A stretch of 56,193 nucleotides of DNA, taken from the IMG/VR virus record IMGVR_UViG_3300020198_001070, positions 1 to 56,193 of that record; one strand, written 5' to 3'. Source of the stretch: a virus (lineage: Duplodnaviria > Caudoviricetes). A program made the position numbers and the translations under genes. The notes beneath the pieces are model-generated. The model saw only the letters and a program-made list of their open reading frames with translations. It was not told the origin of the DNA and did not search any database. Shown piece after piece: positions 1 through 9,834 of the stretch; positions within the stretch are counted from its first letter, which is position 1; each line of letters starts with the position of its first letter.

Positions 1-145
1 CATTAATTTTATTAATTTTCCTTATAATCACACTAGATATACAAAATATGTTAATCTTGATTATATTACTTCTATTGGCATCCGCAGCTATCGCCAAGAA
101 GTTTTAATAATATTCGGCATATGATAACATTAGGATATTTTATCT

Positions 146-319
146 ATGTATGCTTGTATTTGTAAAAAAATTACAGATATACAAATTAAAAAAGCAATTA
201 ACGAAGGTGTTACGACAATTCATGAATTGACTGAATACCTAGATGTTTGTCTTGAGTGTGGAAAGTGTAAATCATATATTGAAGAACTTCTACAATGGAA
301 AGAAGACGATTCCATATAG
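146..319 (+). CDS. bfd: Bacterioferritin-associated ferredoxin ([2Fe-2S] Bfd-like), 57 aa, below the ORF-track cutoff
   Basis: Manual translation MYACICKKITDIQIKKAINEG...VCLECGKCKSYIEELL; MYxCxC...CGxC pattern; AGGA upstream. Confidence 0.85.
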   Translation: MYACICKKITDIQIKKAINEGVTTIHELTEYLDVCLECGKCKSYIEELLQWKEDDSI

Positions 320-447
320 TGGATTGATAATAAAGTTGGAACTTGGTCACTATGTAGATAAGAAAATAGAATACTGTTATAATGTAAATTAACAATGGTG
401 AAAATTATGAACGATGAACAAAAACAATTACAAAAGGAAAATACATT

Positions 448-627
448 ATGTTAACGCTAATATTAATTTTTTCTGTCAAAACACTGTATAATACATCAAT
501 CGACGTTCGTCAAATTGGCAGTTATAATAGCCAATCCACCTGCATGGATACTGGCGCAAAAATTGCTAATATTATAAAATCATCTGATCCCAGTATCAAA
601 GTTGATTATTTCTGCCAAGCCGGATGA
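448..627 (+). CDS. Small exported hypothetical protein (59 aa)
   Basis: AAGGA RBS, hydrophobic N-terminus, two Cys (STC...YFC). Confidence 0.5.
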   Translation: MLTLILIFSVKTLYNTSIDVRQIGSYNSQSTCMDTGAKIANIIKSSDPSIKVDYFCQAG

Positions 628-634
628 AAATTAA

Positions 635-823
635 ATGCCCCCTGATCCAGAACTCGTATGCGGGTATATAACTCCCGGTAAAGTATACGATGTTACTAGA
701 ATAATTAATAACGATGTCATTCAAGTATATATTCCAGAATCTGCCCATATTGGACGGTTCGTCCTTTATCAGGTTCCGCAACAAGATACCTTGGTTCTCG
801 TCGATAATATTACATACATATAA
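635..823 (+). CDS. Hypothetical protein
   Basis: ORF track; follows the previous ORF on the same strand. Confidence 0.4.
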   Translation: MPPDPELVCGYITPGKVYDVTRIINNDVIQVYIPESAHIGRFVLYQVPQQDTLVLVDNITYI

Positions 824-913
824 TGCTACGATTTTTACAAATAGGATGTCTTCATGTTTAATACTGTAATCCACCCCAAACCCAACGGAATAGGGGTTCT
901 TTTCTCGAAAGGT

Positions 914-1336
914 ATGAAAAAAATATTAACATTGATGATACTATTAGTTGGGGTAGCATATGGTGAACCATCTAAAGAGTTTCAAAAGTGGGGTAGCCTA
1001 AACTTAGTATATATTCCACAATTTAGTTCAGAAAACATTCCAGTCTATGACGTGGATAATATGTTACAATTGTCGCCAATTGATAATTGGGCGGTTTGTT
1101 CTGCATATTTAATCAACAAGTCGCAATTATGCTCAATTGAATTGAATAAACTGTTTGGTGTCAATGCCGTAAATGGCTTTAGTAACCAGTCAAGTACATA
1201 TGCCGGGATTATGTATAGAATTGAAACGCAGCTACTTGCAGAAATTGTATATGCAACACAATATAATGTCAATTCTAACTTCACAGATTTCCAATCTGAA
1301 CACGCAGTGTTTTCAACTTTCAAGTTGTCTTTTTGA
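914..1336 (+). CDS. Putative exported/outer-membrane protein
   Basis: Start chosen at MKKILTLMILLVGVAYG (signal peptide); alternating C-terminus ending in Phe (STFKLSF). Confidence 0.5.
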   Translation: MKKILTLMILLVGVAYGEPSKEFQKWGSLNLVYIPQFSSENIPVYDVDNMLQLSPIDNWAVCSAYLINKSQLCSIELNKLFGVNAVNGFSNQSSTYAGIMYRIETQLLAEIVYATQYNVNSNFTDFQSEHAVFSTFKLSF

Positions 1337-1358
1337 TAGCATCACACTTAGGAAATAC

Positions 1359-1386
1359 AAAAAGCCCACATTAGGTGGGCTTTTTT
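1359..1386. terminator. Bidirectional intrinsic terminator
   Basis: AAAAAGCCCAC-ATTAG-GTGGGCTTTTTT between convergent genes. Confidence 0.85.
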
Positions 1387-1387
1387 A

Positions 1388-1654
1388 TTAGTAGTCGATT
1401 GATAATAATGCCAGTGTCAATATTGCCGGGTTTTTAACACATATCCAATATACCGTACTAGACCCCCATGGGGTAGAATACATTATCCAAGGATTGTGTA
1501 TTCGGTTCGCATGGTTAACTGGTGGAGCTCCATACACACTAGCTAGATAGCGGTCAACCTTAAATTCTGTATACCCGTAGTTAGTACTGCGTATTGCAGC
1601 GACAAAGCCGTGCTTGTAATATTTGTGTCTTTTGTCTAGTGTAACCAGTTCCAT
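1388..1654 (-). CDS. Small hypothetical phage protein
   Basis: Start at MELVTLDKRH avoids overlap; N-terminus resembles 6179..6499 (KLDKRY). Confidence 0.6.
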   Translation of the reverse strand: MELVTLDKRHKYYKHGFVAAIRSTNYGYTEFKVDRYLASVYGAPPVNHANRIHNPWIMYSTPWGSSTVYWICVKNPAILTLALLSIDY

Positions 1655-1658
1655 ATAT

Positions 1659-1889
1659 TCACATCCAACGTAATAAAAACCAAGATCGATGGGCTTCTTG
1701 TTTAAATTGAAATACATCAGCATCAATGATTTCTCTATAATCATGCATCCACATGTCGACCCCAATTACATTATCGCACCATTCCCATACTTCGTCAAAT
1801 CCATGTATTGAATTTGACGAATACCACGAGTTTGTATCCTCGTAGTTAAGGAACACCTGATAGATATATTCTTCGTTATATAGTTGCAT
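1659..1889 (-). CDS. Small phage protein, FxLRW C-terminal family
   Basis: EWC motif, ends RSWFLLRWM. Confidence 0.7.
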   Translation of the reverse strand: MQLYNEEYIYQVFLNYEDTNSWYSSNSIHGFDEVWEWCDNVIGVDMWMHDYREIIDADVFQFKQEAHRSWFLLRWM

Positions 1890-2275
1890 TAGTCATCCAA
1901 TGTGTAGATGAAATATTGCCCTGGATATCTTTTATGTGCTCGTTCCATTGCCTCATCAATAGAACTACCTTGTGAAATATAAGACTCACTCTCTTTGAAA
2001 TATAAGTAAAATTGTTCACCATATTTTTTAACGGACAATTCTATTGCGTTTACTACTCGTTGATCGAGTTTATTGTCAACATCGCTAGATAATACATTAT
2101 TCAATTCGGACAAATTAGTAGTCACAATTGCATTAACGCCCACTGATTTACATAATAGGTCAATCACCATCTTTGGGTCATTATTAAATGTTGTTATGAG
2201 TAATAAGAAAAACACATACCCACCAACAAATGCGCCAACTACTAATGAAATTATAATTACAATAAAAATACTCAT
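1889..2275 (-). CDS. Membrane-anchored hypothetical protein
   Basis: N-terminal TM helix; translationally coupled. Confidence 0.65.
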   Translation of the reverse strand: MSIFIVIIISLVVGAFVGGYVFFLLLITTFNNDPKMVIDLLCKSVGVNAIVTTNLSELNNVLSSDVDNKLDQRVVNAIELSVKKYGEQFYLYFKESESYISQGSSIDEAMERAHKRYPGQYFIYTLDD

Positions 2276-2278
2276 GAA

Positions 2279-2707
2279 TTATTCCCAGCTGACAGTTTGA
2301 TGCGACTGTTTTAATGCAGGATTTGTTAATAACTCTGATGCTTGGGCAATCATTTCGGTTACCCCAGCACGTACTGCATCCATAATACTATCCCCTTGCA
2401 ATCTACACAACGTATCACCCCATACTTCTTGCATATGTAACCACGCAGCTCGTTGTTCTGGTGTTAGTGGTTTGGTGACTGGCTGCAGTGATATCCGGTG
2501 TTGTATTACTTTTACAATTGCATCCTCTGCAATAATCCCAGCAGCAATAAGTGGTGCCAATGCCTGGTCAATATTATATCGTCTAGTCCTCGACCCTGTG
2601 GTGGTTACCGTTAAATGTGTTCCTTCCCACAATGAATCATTTAATTCTTGATCATATTCTGGTACCGGTATATATTTTCGACCTTGTTTTTTATAGAATG
2701 TTGTCAT
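2279..2707 (-). CDS. Hypothetical phage protein
   Basis: ORF track, tight packing. Confidence 0.65.
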   Translation of the reverse strand: MTTFYKKQGRKYIPVPEYDQELNDSLWEGTHLTVTTTGSRTRRYNIDQALAPLIAAGIIAEDAIVKVIQHRISLQPVTKPLTPEQRAAWLHMQEVWGDTLCRLQGDSIMDAVRAGVTEMIAQASELLTNPALKQSHQTVSWE

Positions 2708-2719
2708 TGTAAATTCCGA

Positions 2720-3019
2720 TTATGAAAATTTTAGTGTGAAAAACGTATATATTTCTTGTGAAAGATATGCAATTATGGTAAATTTGTCAACAACATAAAA
2801 TTCATGGTTTGGTGCTTTACCCCAAACAATTAATGGGCTATGCTCGCAAACCCACTTACCTTTTTCGCTGTCTTGCCAACTGTTTATTGAAAAGTGCAAT
2901 TCAGGGACAAATAGTTCATCGATAATATATCGTTCATGTACAACATTGTTATAAATGCGATACTTATCCAGCCTGGTTGTCTTCGTATAATTGTATTCAA
3001 CAATAGTAGGGTTATTCAT
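2720..3019 (-). CDS. Small phage protein, FxLK(W/F) family
   Basis: WQDSEKGKWV motif, ends YTFFTLKFS. Confidence 0.65.
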   Translation of the reverse strand: MNNPTIVEYNYTKTTRLDKYRIYNNVVHERYIIDELFVPELHFSINSWQDSEKGKWVCEHSPLIVWGKAPNHEFYVVDKFTIIAYLSQEIYTFFTLKFS

Positions 3020-3218
3020 TATCGTCACCCCAAGTATGTTGAAACAATGTATATAATTCTTCGCGTAATGTATATGTACCAAGCCAAGTCAATGAATACC
3101 ATAAGTTTTTTGGTTGCTTTGTTATCCAATGTCTGATATTATTATTATTGGTATCGAATTGAAACCAATAATTATGCAATATAGTATTGTAATGTTTTTC
3201 AATTACAGTGAAACCCAC
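3012..3218 (-). CDS. Small phage protein
   Basis: Ends LYTLFQHTWG. Confidence 0.6.
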   Translation of the reverse strand: MGFTVIEKHYNTILHNYWFQFDTNNNNIRHWITKQPKNLWYSLTWLGTYTLREELYTLFQHTWGDDNE

Positions 3219-3219
3219 A

Positions 3220-3474
3220 TTACCCCCATTTTAATATTGCCCACGTATACGCAGATTCGGCATTTTCTTTCGTGTCAAAATCCCATCCCACACCACGTTT
3301 AATTCCATTTGTTGATTTAAAAAATGTATCATACTCTTTTAATAAATCTTCATTAAGTGATATCCGTCGATGTACGGTGGTTAACGCAATTCTACAATAA
3401 TTTCTACGTTTGGTTTGAATAGTGGTAAATGTAAATTTGTCACATTTATTCAAAAGTTTGTATGTTGATATCAT
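3220..3474 (-). CDS. Small phage protein, LKWG family
   Basis: Ends YTWAILKWG. Confidence 0.65.
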   Translation of the reverse strand: MISTYKLLNKCDKFTFTTIQTKRRNYCRIALTTVHRRISLNEDLLKEYDTFFKSTNGIKRGVGWDFDTKENAESAYTWAILKWG

Positions 3475-3478
3475 GCTG

Positions 3479-3703
3479 TTATAAATGTTTTAATATAAAA
3501 AACGTTTTATATTTGTCTTCGTCAAATGTTATGATGACACCGTATTCCCCATACAATGTATATCTTGCAGTTGCATGAAAATCTTTTTTAAGGTGTAACG
3601 TTAACTCGTTGATATATCGTACATTATAATACATATCCAACTTTATTGATTGTTCAATGGTTAATAATAAAGTTGGACGTTTTTTAAAAAAATTACGAAA
3701 CAT
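3479..3703 (-). CDS. Small phage protein, FxLK family
   Basis: Ends KTFFILKHL; start MFRNFF. Confidence 0.6.
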   Translation of the reverse strand: MFRNFFKKRPTLLLTIEQSIKLDMYYNVRYINELTLHLKKDFHATARYTLYGEYGVIITFDEDKYKTFFILKHL

Positions 3704-3902
3704 TGATTTGTTCAGCCCAGCGTAATAAAAATAAATCACGATGGGATTCATTTTTAAATGACCATAACCTATCATTCATTAGCATGCCACAATTTGACAT
3801 GTCTGCCCAAGATGTCATCTCGTCTCGTAATTCATCTGACATTTCATCCCGTGAAAATGATAGTCCTGGTAGTTTAAACATACCGCATTCTACGTGCTTC
3901 AT
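3693..3902 (-). CDS. Small phage protein, FLLRW family
   Basis: Contains RDLFLLRWAE. Confidence 0.65.
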   Translation of the reverse strand: MKHVECGMFKLPGLSFSRDEMSDELRDEMTSWADMSNCGMLMNDRLWSFKNESHRDLFLLRWAEQINVS

Positions 3903-3903
3903 A

Positions 3904-4050
3904 TTAAATTCCTAATTCAAAAATTGCGTTATAAAGGTTAAATAATTGCAAATCTGACATATTATCAATATCTTCAAGTGATATGTCAAATATATCTCCA
4001 AAACTATCATCCCAATGTGCGATGATTCGTTCTATAATTATTTCTCGCAT
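3904..4050 (-). CDS. 48-aa acidic hypothetical protein, not in the ORF track
   Basis: MREIIIERIIAHWDDSFGDIFDISLEDIDNMSDLQLFNLYNAIFELGI fills the gap between neighbours. Confidence 0.5.
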   Translation of the reverse strand: MREIIIERIIAHWDDSFGDIFDISLEDIDNMSDLQLFNLYNAIFELGI

Positions 4051-4364
4051 TTTAAATAATCACTATATTTTAATATAAAAAAGGTTCTTTTCATTTCATC
4101 ATAAAAATCAAGATGAATAAACCGTTTCATGCTGCCTTTTTTTGGATCGATATTCAGAAGCATCAAATCGGATAACGATTGTTTAAATGATGCACATTCT
4201 GAATCATAATCTGCATTTGGCACCCACGTGTGATGTATCCTAGTAGTAAATCCAAGAACTGATTTTGATTTCGATCTAATTGCTAAGACACTTTTAGGAT
4301 AATCATTATGTAACTGGGTAGATAATGCTGACCACGCATCCATTTCTAATATGAGTGGTTTCAT
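4038..4364 (-). CDS. Small phage protein, FxLKY family
   Basis: IHLDFYDE...RTFFILKYS. Confidence 0.65.
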   Translation of the reverse strand: MKPLILEMDAWSALSTQLHNDYPKSVLAIRSKSKSVLGFTTRIHHTWVPNADYDSECASFKQSLSDLMLLNIDPKKGSMKRFIHLDFYDEMKRTFFILKYSDYLKCEK

Positions 4365-4618
4365 TTGTATTCCTTTATTAAATATGTGGTTAGATACATA
4401 CCATCCAAAAGCGCCATATCTGATGAATACCTGGAATGTTCACCATTATACCAAAAATTGTGGTGTGCATTTAACATTTTAACTCTAACCATTTTTGGGG
4501 TTAATTTAATTATTTTTGCAACTTGTAATTTGTTATAAATTACTACACTTACAAAATCACCTACATTAAGGGTACGGCCAATAATGTCTTTATGTTCGGG
4601 CGGGTGTTTCGTCGGCAT
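4361..4618 (-). CDS. Hypothetical protein (SH3/KOW-like)
   Basis: DIIGRTLNVGDFV motif. Confidence 0.6.
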   Translation of the reverse strand: MPTKHPPEHKDIIGRTLNVGDFVSVVIYNKLQVAKIIKLTPKMVRVKMLNAHHNFWYNGEHSRYSSDMALLDGMYLTTYLIKEYK

Positions 4619-4902
4619 TGTCGGTTTCCTTATCGGCTGGTTCTTCGTATATCATTGGTAACGTTGCTTGTAATAGTGTTATCATTCCATTAACCCCAAC
4701 TGCAGTCAGAAATAAACTAGTGATATTTGGAAATGTACCAAATGTAATACTAACACGGTTATCATCTGTAATTCCAACTGAAAAATGTATAGTTGGTTCT
4801 TTAATGTCATCATCTGTTCCTCGTCTGGATACTGGACATCTGGTACTGATTCAGGGTCGTTGACCGGTTGTGAATTAAAAAATTAAGCATTATTTCTCTA
4901 AA

Positions 4903-5247
4903 TTAAAAATATGTTACATATGCAATGTAGCAAAGTTGGTGTGCTAACTGGTCTAGACCAAGGTCTCGCCAAAACTTTTTGTCAGAAATATCTCGATTTC
5001 CATAATTCATTTTAACCCAATCTATATGGTAGTGTAAAGTAAAATCTACTACCCCAACTAGAATGCCATAATACCATTGTGATGAATTAAAAAATATAAG
5101 TGCAGTAAACAACCCATGTTTTGCACTATGCCACACCCCGTATCTATTACCATAGATGCCTTTTCCCTGAACTTCGGTAGTTGTTTGGTTTACAAAGTCA
5201 ACATACCAATGTTTAATTAGCAACGCCACTAATTCAATTATCACGTT
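4903..5247 (-). CDS. DUF3307-like membrane protein
   Basis: KHWYVDF...H..HG...HYHIDWVK...LGLDQLAH pattern; GTG start assumed. Confidence 0.7.
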   Translation of the reverse strand, partial: NVIIELVALLIKHWYVDFVNQTTTEVQGKGIYGNRYGVWHSAKHGLFTALIFFNSSQWYYGILVGVVDFTLHYHIDWVKMNYGNRDISDKKFWRDLGLDQLAHQLCYIAYVTYF

Positions 5248-5617
5248 GATTCTCCAATTTTTCTTCTGCTTCACATAGCTGCTTAATCATGAGGTAACTG
5301 TTTTTTGCATTTGCTAATGCGGGATATTTGTCCATCATTAATTGTTCTTGCAATTCTTCATCATATTTCTTTTTAACCCAATATAATAGTTGTTCTGTAT
5401 CACTTGTCAATGATATTTGAACTGTATTGGCTATTCCAATCCAGGTAAAACCATCATTGACTTCAATAGTATTATTTAAATAACGCAATGCGCCAGCCCC
5501 TGGGGAAGTAGTATTAATATATGGAAGCGGACTGGGTATTATTGTAATATGTTTATTACTTGCGGTTCCTATATGATCGATCATTTTTATTCCTTTATAG
5601 TCAAACGTTATATTCAC
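5234..5617 (-). CDS. Hypothetical phage protein
   Basis: ORF track. Confidence 0.6.
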   Translation of the reverse strand: MNITFDYKGIKMIDHIGTASNKHITIIPSPLPYINTTSPGAGALRYLNNTIEVNDGFTWIGIANTVQISLTSDTEQLLYWVKKKYDEELQEQLMMDKYPALANAKNSYLMIKQLCEAEEKLENQRDN

Positions 5618-5819
5618 TATACTTTATTTTAAATAGAAAATGTTGGAGTGTATCAATTATTGCATACCGGTGTGTTATATATCCGTGCTGTTCCGATATG
5701 TCGATTCCGTATTTTGCATGCATTACATTAATAAGTTCTGGAGCAGTAAGCTTTACAAATCGAAGGTTTTCCTCACATGCGATTTTTCTTAATACAAATA
5801 AAAAGTCATCTTTTTTCAT
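5601..5819 (-). CDS. Small phage protein
   Basis: Ends FLFKIKYS. Confidence 0.6.
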   Translation of the reverse strand: MKKDDFLFVLRKIACEENLRFVKLTAPELINVMHAKYGIDISEQHGYITHRYAIIDTLQHFLFKIKYSEYNV

Positions 5820-5822
5820 GCA

Positions 5823-6161
5823 TTAGGACCAACGTAATACAAACCAATTGCGGTCTTCTTCAGAGTTAAACAAAAATATGTGTGACTTCCTAACAAACCA
5901 TCGTGATTTGTTATCCTCTTTGGGAAATACCGATGTACACCAATCCGTTATGGTAGTATAATGTGCGGTATCATGGATTAAGTAATATCCAGGTTGAATT
6001 TTAACAGCATAATAACAGATAACATCCCCGTCAATGTCCACAAATTCCGTATATTGAATCAACTTATGTGAGGATGTCAGTGATTGTACTGCTAAAATCT
6101 GTGATGCCGACTTGGATGGTGGTTTCATCTTAGTACCCAATGTTATTTTGACAAGGTCCAT
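5823..6161 (-). CDS. Small phage protein, FxLRW family
   Basis: DWC...RNWFVLRWS. Confidence 0.7.
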   Translation of the reverse strand: MDLVKITLGTKMKPPSKSASQILAVQSLTSSHKLIQYTEFVDIDGDVICYYAVKIQPGYYLIHDTAHYTTITDWCTSVFPKEDNKSRWFVRKSHIFLFNSEEDRNWFVLRWS

Positions 6162-6178
6162 TATATACTCATTTCATA

Positions 6179-6499
6179 TTATCCCCATCTTATTACAAAC
6201 CAATTACGGTCTGATTCCGTCGCCAATAAGATTCGTGGTCCACGAAACTGTGATGCATTGCGCCAACACCAATGTGGATTGACCGGCATATCATGCAATA
6301 CTAACATAGAATATTCAGATAGTTCACAACTTGGTCCAAATGTTTCCCAGCACCATTGACGCATCTCTGTAATATGAATTACTGTGTCTAAATTCATGTT
6401 CACATGTTTGTTCTGTGGGGTTGCCATAAAAGAAAAATATTCGTGACCATTATATCGTTTATCAAGTTTTATGATTTTTGTTTTCATGATAGTCGGCAA
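6179..6499 (-). CDS. Small phage protein, FxIRW family
   Basis: QWCWETFGPS...RNWFVIRWG. Confidence 0.7.
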   Translation of the reverse strand: MPTIMKTKIIKLDKRYNGHEYFSFMATPQNKHVNMNLDTVIHITEMRQWCWETFGPSCELSEYSMLVLHDMPVNPHWCWRNASQFRGPRILLATESDRNWFVIRWG

Positions 6500-6563
6500 T
6501 AAATAATTATAGATGATACATTATTTGATGGTTGCTGGCAATAAATAATTGTAAAGGGGACAT

Positions 6564-7379
6564 ATGAGGATTTTAGTCACAGGTTATACCGGATTTATTG
6601 GTAGGAATTTAATGGAATGGTTAGCACAAGAAGAAGATTGGATCGCTGATGGATGGTGTTGGGATCCAACGAATTATCCAGATGTTAAAAATTACAATTG
6701 GGTGATTCATCTAGGAGCAGTAACTGATACAAGTGATGTTGATGTAGACACCATTATACATAAAAACTACGAGTTTAGTCAATGGTTATTTAATGAATGT
6801 AACATCAACAAAGTGAACTTGCAATACAGTTCCAGTAGTGACACATATGGAAACACTAACAATTTTTCTGAATTTGCACCATGCCATCCACAAACAGCAT
6901 ACGCGTGGTCAAAATATCTGTTTGACCGCTGGGTATTTCAGCAACAACTCAACATATTTGTCCAAGGATTCCGATACTTCAATGTATACGGACGGTACAT
7001 GTATACAAAAGGGGACAGAACTGATATTATCTACAAATGGCGAGAACAGGCTAGACGGGATGGTAAGATAACAATTTGGAGTAATTCACATCACATAAAA
7101 CGGGATTGGGTGTGGGTTGGTGATGTATGTCGGTTACATATCGATTTTATTAAACAAATAAACGGGTCTGGTATTTGGAATGTTGGTACTGGGCTATCCC
7201 ATTCGTATTATGATATAGCAGACGAAATAGCGATGCAAGAAGATGTGCCATTAGAATTCAATGAACCAACGACCACGGGGCAGTATAACATCAAAGCGGA
7301 TTTAACTTTATTAAAAGCAACCATTGGTAATCGGAAATGGTTAAATGTATACGAATGGCTTGGCAGAAAAAATGGATAA
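6564..7379 (+). CDS. NAD-dependent epimerase, ADP-L-glycero-D-manno-heptose 6-epimerase-like
   Basis: ILVTGYTGFIG Rossmann motif, YAWSK (YxxxK), FRYFNVYG. Confidence 0.85.
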   Translation: MRILVTGYTGFIGRNLMEWLAQEEDWIADGWCWDPTNYPDVKNYNWVIHLGAVTDTSDVDVDTIIHKNYEFSQWLFNECNINKVNLQYSSSSDTYGNTNNFSEFAPCHPQTAYAWSKYLFDRWVFQQQLNIFVQGFRYFNVYGRYMYTKGDRTDIIYKWREQARRDGKITIWSNSHHIKRDWVWVGDVCRLHIDFIKQINGSGIWNVGTGLSHSYYDIADEIAMQEDVPLEFNEPTTTGQYNIKADLTLLKATIGNRKWLNVYEWLGRKNG

Positions 7380-7403
7380 ATATATTATTAAAAGGATTAA
7401 ATC

Positions 7404-7757
7404 ATGAGAGCAAATGAATTTTTATCGGAAGAAAAAATTGGGGTTGAACCAAAAAGAAATCCAAGAAGTGGCAGTAGACCATCACGGGGTCATGAACCTG
7501 CGTTACCATATAAAGATATGGATTGTGAAATTGATGAGGCTGGTAAAACTAGTAGAATTGTGTGTTTGTCTAAAAAAACCGATGCTGAACTAGGTGCTAG
7601 CCAGTTGTCATCTTGCAAGGCGCAAGGTCTACGAAAACGTGATACAAGTAGAAAATTTAGAACTGGGTCTAAACATAATACACCGCAAAGCATCAAAGGC
7701 AAATATGTAAAATCAAGTGATTATGGTGGGCCATTACCAAAATGGAAGGGTAACTAA
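7404..7757 (+). CDS. Basic hypothetical (putative virion/internal) protein
   Basis: Late motif ATAAATA upstream; MRANEFLSE N-terminus. Confidence 0.6.
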   Translation: MRANEFLSEEKIGVEPKRNPRSGSRPSRGHEPALPYKDMDCEIDEAGKTSRIVCLSKKTDAELGASQLSSCKAQGLRKRDTSRKFRTGSKHNTPQSIKGKYVKSSDYGGPLPKWKGN

Positions 7758-8548
7758 TGAGATTTATTGAATTTAAATTAAATGAGAATACTGAATTTAC
7801 ATTAAATGTACCAACACATCTGGTTGGACCAGATGTTGCTGATTTACAAAAAGTATTAGTTCAAATTGGGTACGACATTGGCCCACCTGGTATTGATGGT
7901 ATTCGTGGTAAATATACCACTGCTGCTATCAAGGCATTACAAACAGATGTTGGGTTTACCGCGAATGGCGTGCCTGATGAGCAGTTGATAAATCTGCTGA
8001 ATGGTTTCTTATCAACAAATTCATCGATTACTAGTTCATTAACTAAAAGCACAGCCGCTGATGTTAAATCACACGTAAGTGATATTGATGTTAGTATAAT
8101 TCAAGATCCCGATTTTAACAGTAAACTTCAAAAGATATCACACGAACTTGGTGTTGATGCGAATGATTTATTAGCCATTATGAAATTAGAATCAGGTGTA
8201 GACCCATCTAGGGTTAACCCATTATCTAATGCAACAGGGTTGATTCAATTTATGCCAAAAACCGCGCATAATTTAGGAACATCAGTGGAAGAATTACGTG
8301 GGATGACTGCTGTTGAGCAATTAGACTACGTATTTAAATATTTTAAAATGATTGGTGTAAAACCAGGTATGGATGTTGGTGATTTATATCTTGCGGTATT
8401 TTATCCTGCTGCAATAGGCAAGAAAGATAATCATGTTATTAGCACAGCTGGGAAACAAATTTATAACCAAAATAAAGTATTGGATAAAAATAAAGATGGG
8501 ACATTAACAGTGGCTGATGTAAAAAATTCAGTTGCACGATTCGTATAG
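7757..8548 (+). CDS. Peptidoglycan-binding domain plus lytic transglycosylase (SLT-like)
   Basis: DVADLQKVL...IDGIRGKYT (PG_binding_1); IMKLESG, ATGLIQFMP. Confidence 0.85.
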   Translation: MRFIEFKLNENTEFTLNVPTHLVGPDVADLQKVLVQIGYDIGPPGIDGIRGKYTTAAIKALQTDVGFTANGVPDEQLINLLNGFLSTNSSITSSLTKSTAADVKSHVSDIDVSIIQDPDFNSKLQKISHELGVDANDLLAIMKLESGVDPSRVNPLSNATGLIQFMPKTAHNLGTSVEELRGMTAVEQLDYVFKYFKMIGVKPGMDVGDLYLAVFYPAAIGKKDNHVISTAGKQIYNQNKVLDKNKDGTLTVADVKNSVARFV

Positions 8549-8558
8549 TTAAATACAG

Positions 8559-9110
8559 ATGGATTTAGTAGGAAAATTATTAATAGCACCCCCATCAGTA
8601 AAAGGAAACTTTTGGTATAAAACAGTTGTAATGGTAACGGAGCAGCACGATACCGGTAGTGTAGGATTAGTGTTAAACAAGCGTAGCGACCTTACAATAA
8701 GTGACCTTGGAATGCAAGTTGGTCTAGACTTGGATGATATACCAGGGTTTGTTTATATTGGCGGACCAATTAGTCAACAAAGTTTGAGTTTACTACACAC
8801 TGCAGAGTGGAAATGTCGCAATACAATAAATCTTACCCGGAACTTTTCATTAAGCTCCGCAGATGATATACTTCCCAGGCTTGCTGATGGTGATGTTCCG
8901 CGAAAATGGCGAATGTTTGTTGGCATGTGTGGATGGGCACCAAACCAACTTCTCAATGAAATCGTTGGGAAACATCCATATAGACATGAAACTAGTTGGT
9001 GTATATCATCAAGTAATTACGAGTTGGTGTTCAGTACCGATAATAAAACACAATGGTCTAGTGCACTAGACCACGCAGGACTAGAATTTGCACAAAATGT
9101 CTTGTCATAA
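8559..9110 (+). CDS. YqgE/AlgH (DUF179) family protein
   Basis: GKLLIAPP, GSVGLVLNK, YIGGP, GMCGWAPNQL. Confidence 0.85.
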   Translation: MDLVGKLLIAPPSVKGNFWYKTVVMVTEQHDTGSVGLVLNKRSDLTISDLGMQVGLDLDDIPGFVYIGGPISQQSLSLLHTAEWKCRNTINLTRNFSLSSADDILPRLADGDVPRKWRMFVGMCGWAPNQLLNEIVGKHPYRHETSWCISSSNYELVFSTDNKTQWSSALDHAGLEFAQNVLS

Positions 9111-9127
9111 TTTAAATTTTAACAACG

Positions 9128-9625
9128 GTGAACTACCCTATACCATGAAGGTATGGGGCTTCCTGGGCTGAATCAGTACTCTGACTCATATCTCCACAGG
9201 CGTTAATTTCCGTAGTTCCTACGGTATTAAATTTAGATAAACCTTCTTTATAAATATTAATTACAGCATTTAAATCCCTATCAATCGATAATCCGCAATT
9301 ATCGCAATGATAGGTTCTATCGGATAGCGTTAAATTTTGTTTAACATATCTACAGCAATTACAAGTTTTACTAGAAGGAATCCATTGGTTGATTTTTGTA
9401 AACCATTTGCCCTGTTTTTTACATTGACAATGTAGCTCTTGGTGAAATTGAAACCAGCTTACATCGGTTATAGATTTAGCAAGTTTATGATTTTTCATCA
9501 TACCTTGGATATTTAATGTTTCGACTATTATTAAATCGTTATTCTTGACTATCGAATTAGCGGGTTTTTAGTCAACCACTACACGACTAAAGATCGTACA
9601 GCTTACCCACTCCCATGACCAACTG
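9128..9625 (-). mobile_element. Internally deleted IS200/IS605-family element with both ends retained; boundaries approximate
   Basis: Subterminal imperfect palindromes at about 9131-9162 and 9571-9606 flank a tnpB fragment. Confidence 0.65.
9133..9567 (-). pseudogene. tnpB: TnpB C-terminal fragment (RuvC-II, Zn ribbon, RuvC-III)
   Basis: IIVETLNIQGMMKNHKLAKSI...SSKTCNCC...YHCDNCGLSIDRDLNAVINI; N-terminal portion absent. Confidence 0.85.
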
Positions 9626-9648
9626 GCAAGCATACAAAATTAAAATTT

Positions 9649-9834
9649 ATGATGTTATTAACTATGATAAGTAGTATTGGAATTATGTGGGCAGCTGATA
9701 TTTCAACTAATGGATTATTATGGTCTGGTGGGCTAATGATTTTAGTTGCGATTTGTGGTTGGCGATATCCTGGAAGTTTACAAGAATATTACCGGCGTGA
9801 TTCACACGGATTACGTATTGGTTGGATTAAATAA
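9649..9834 (+). CDS. Small membrane protein
   Basis: Two hydrophobic segments. Confidence 0.4.
   Translation: MMLLTMISSIGIMWAADISTNGLLWSGGLMILVAICGWRYPGSLQEYYRRDSHGLRIGWIK

Noticed and set aside
4605-4892. ORF between 4618 and 4903
   Set aside because: The plus-strand ORF opposes the operon, and the minus-strand frame lacks a clean start (possibly frameshifted), so it cannot be called
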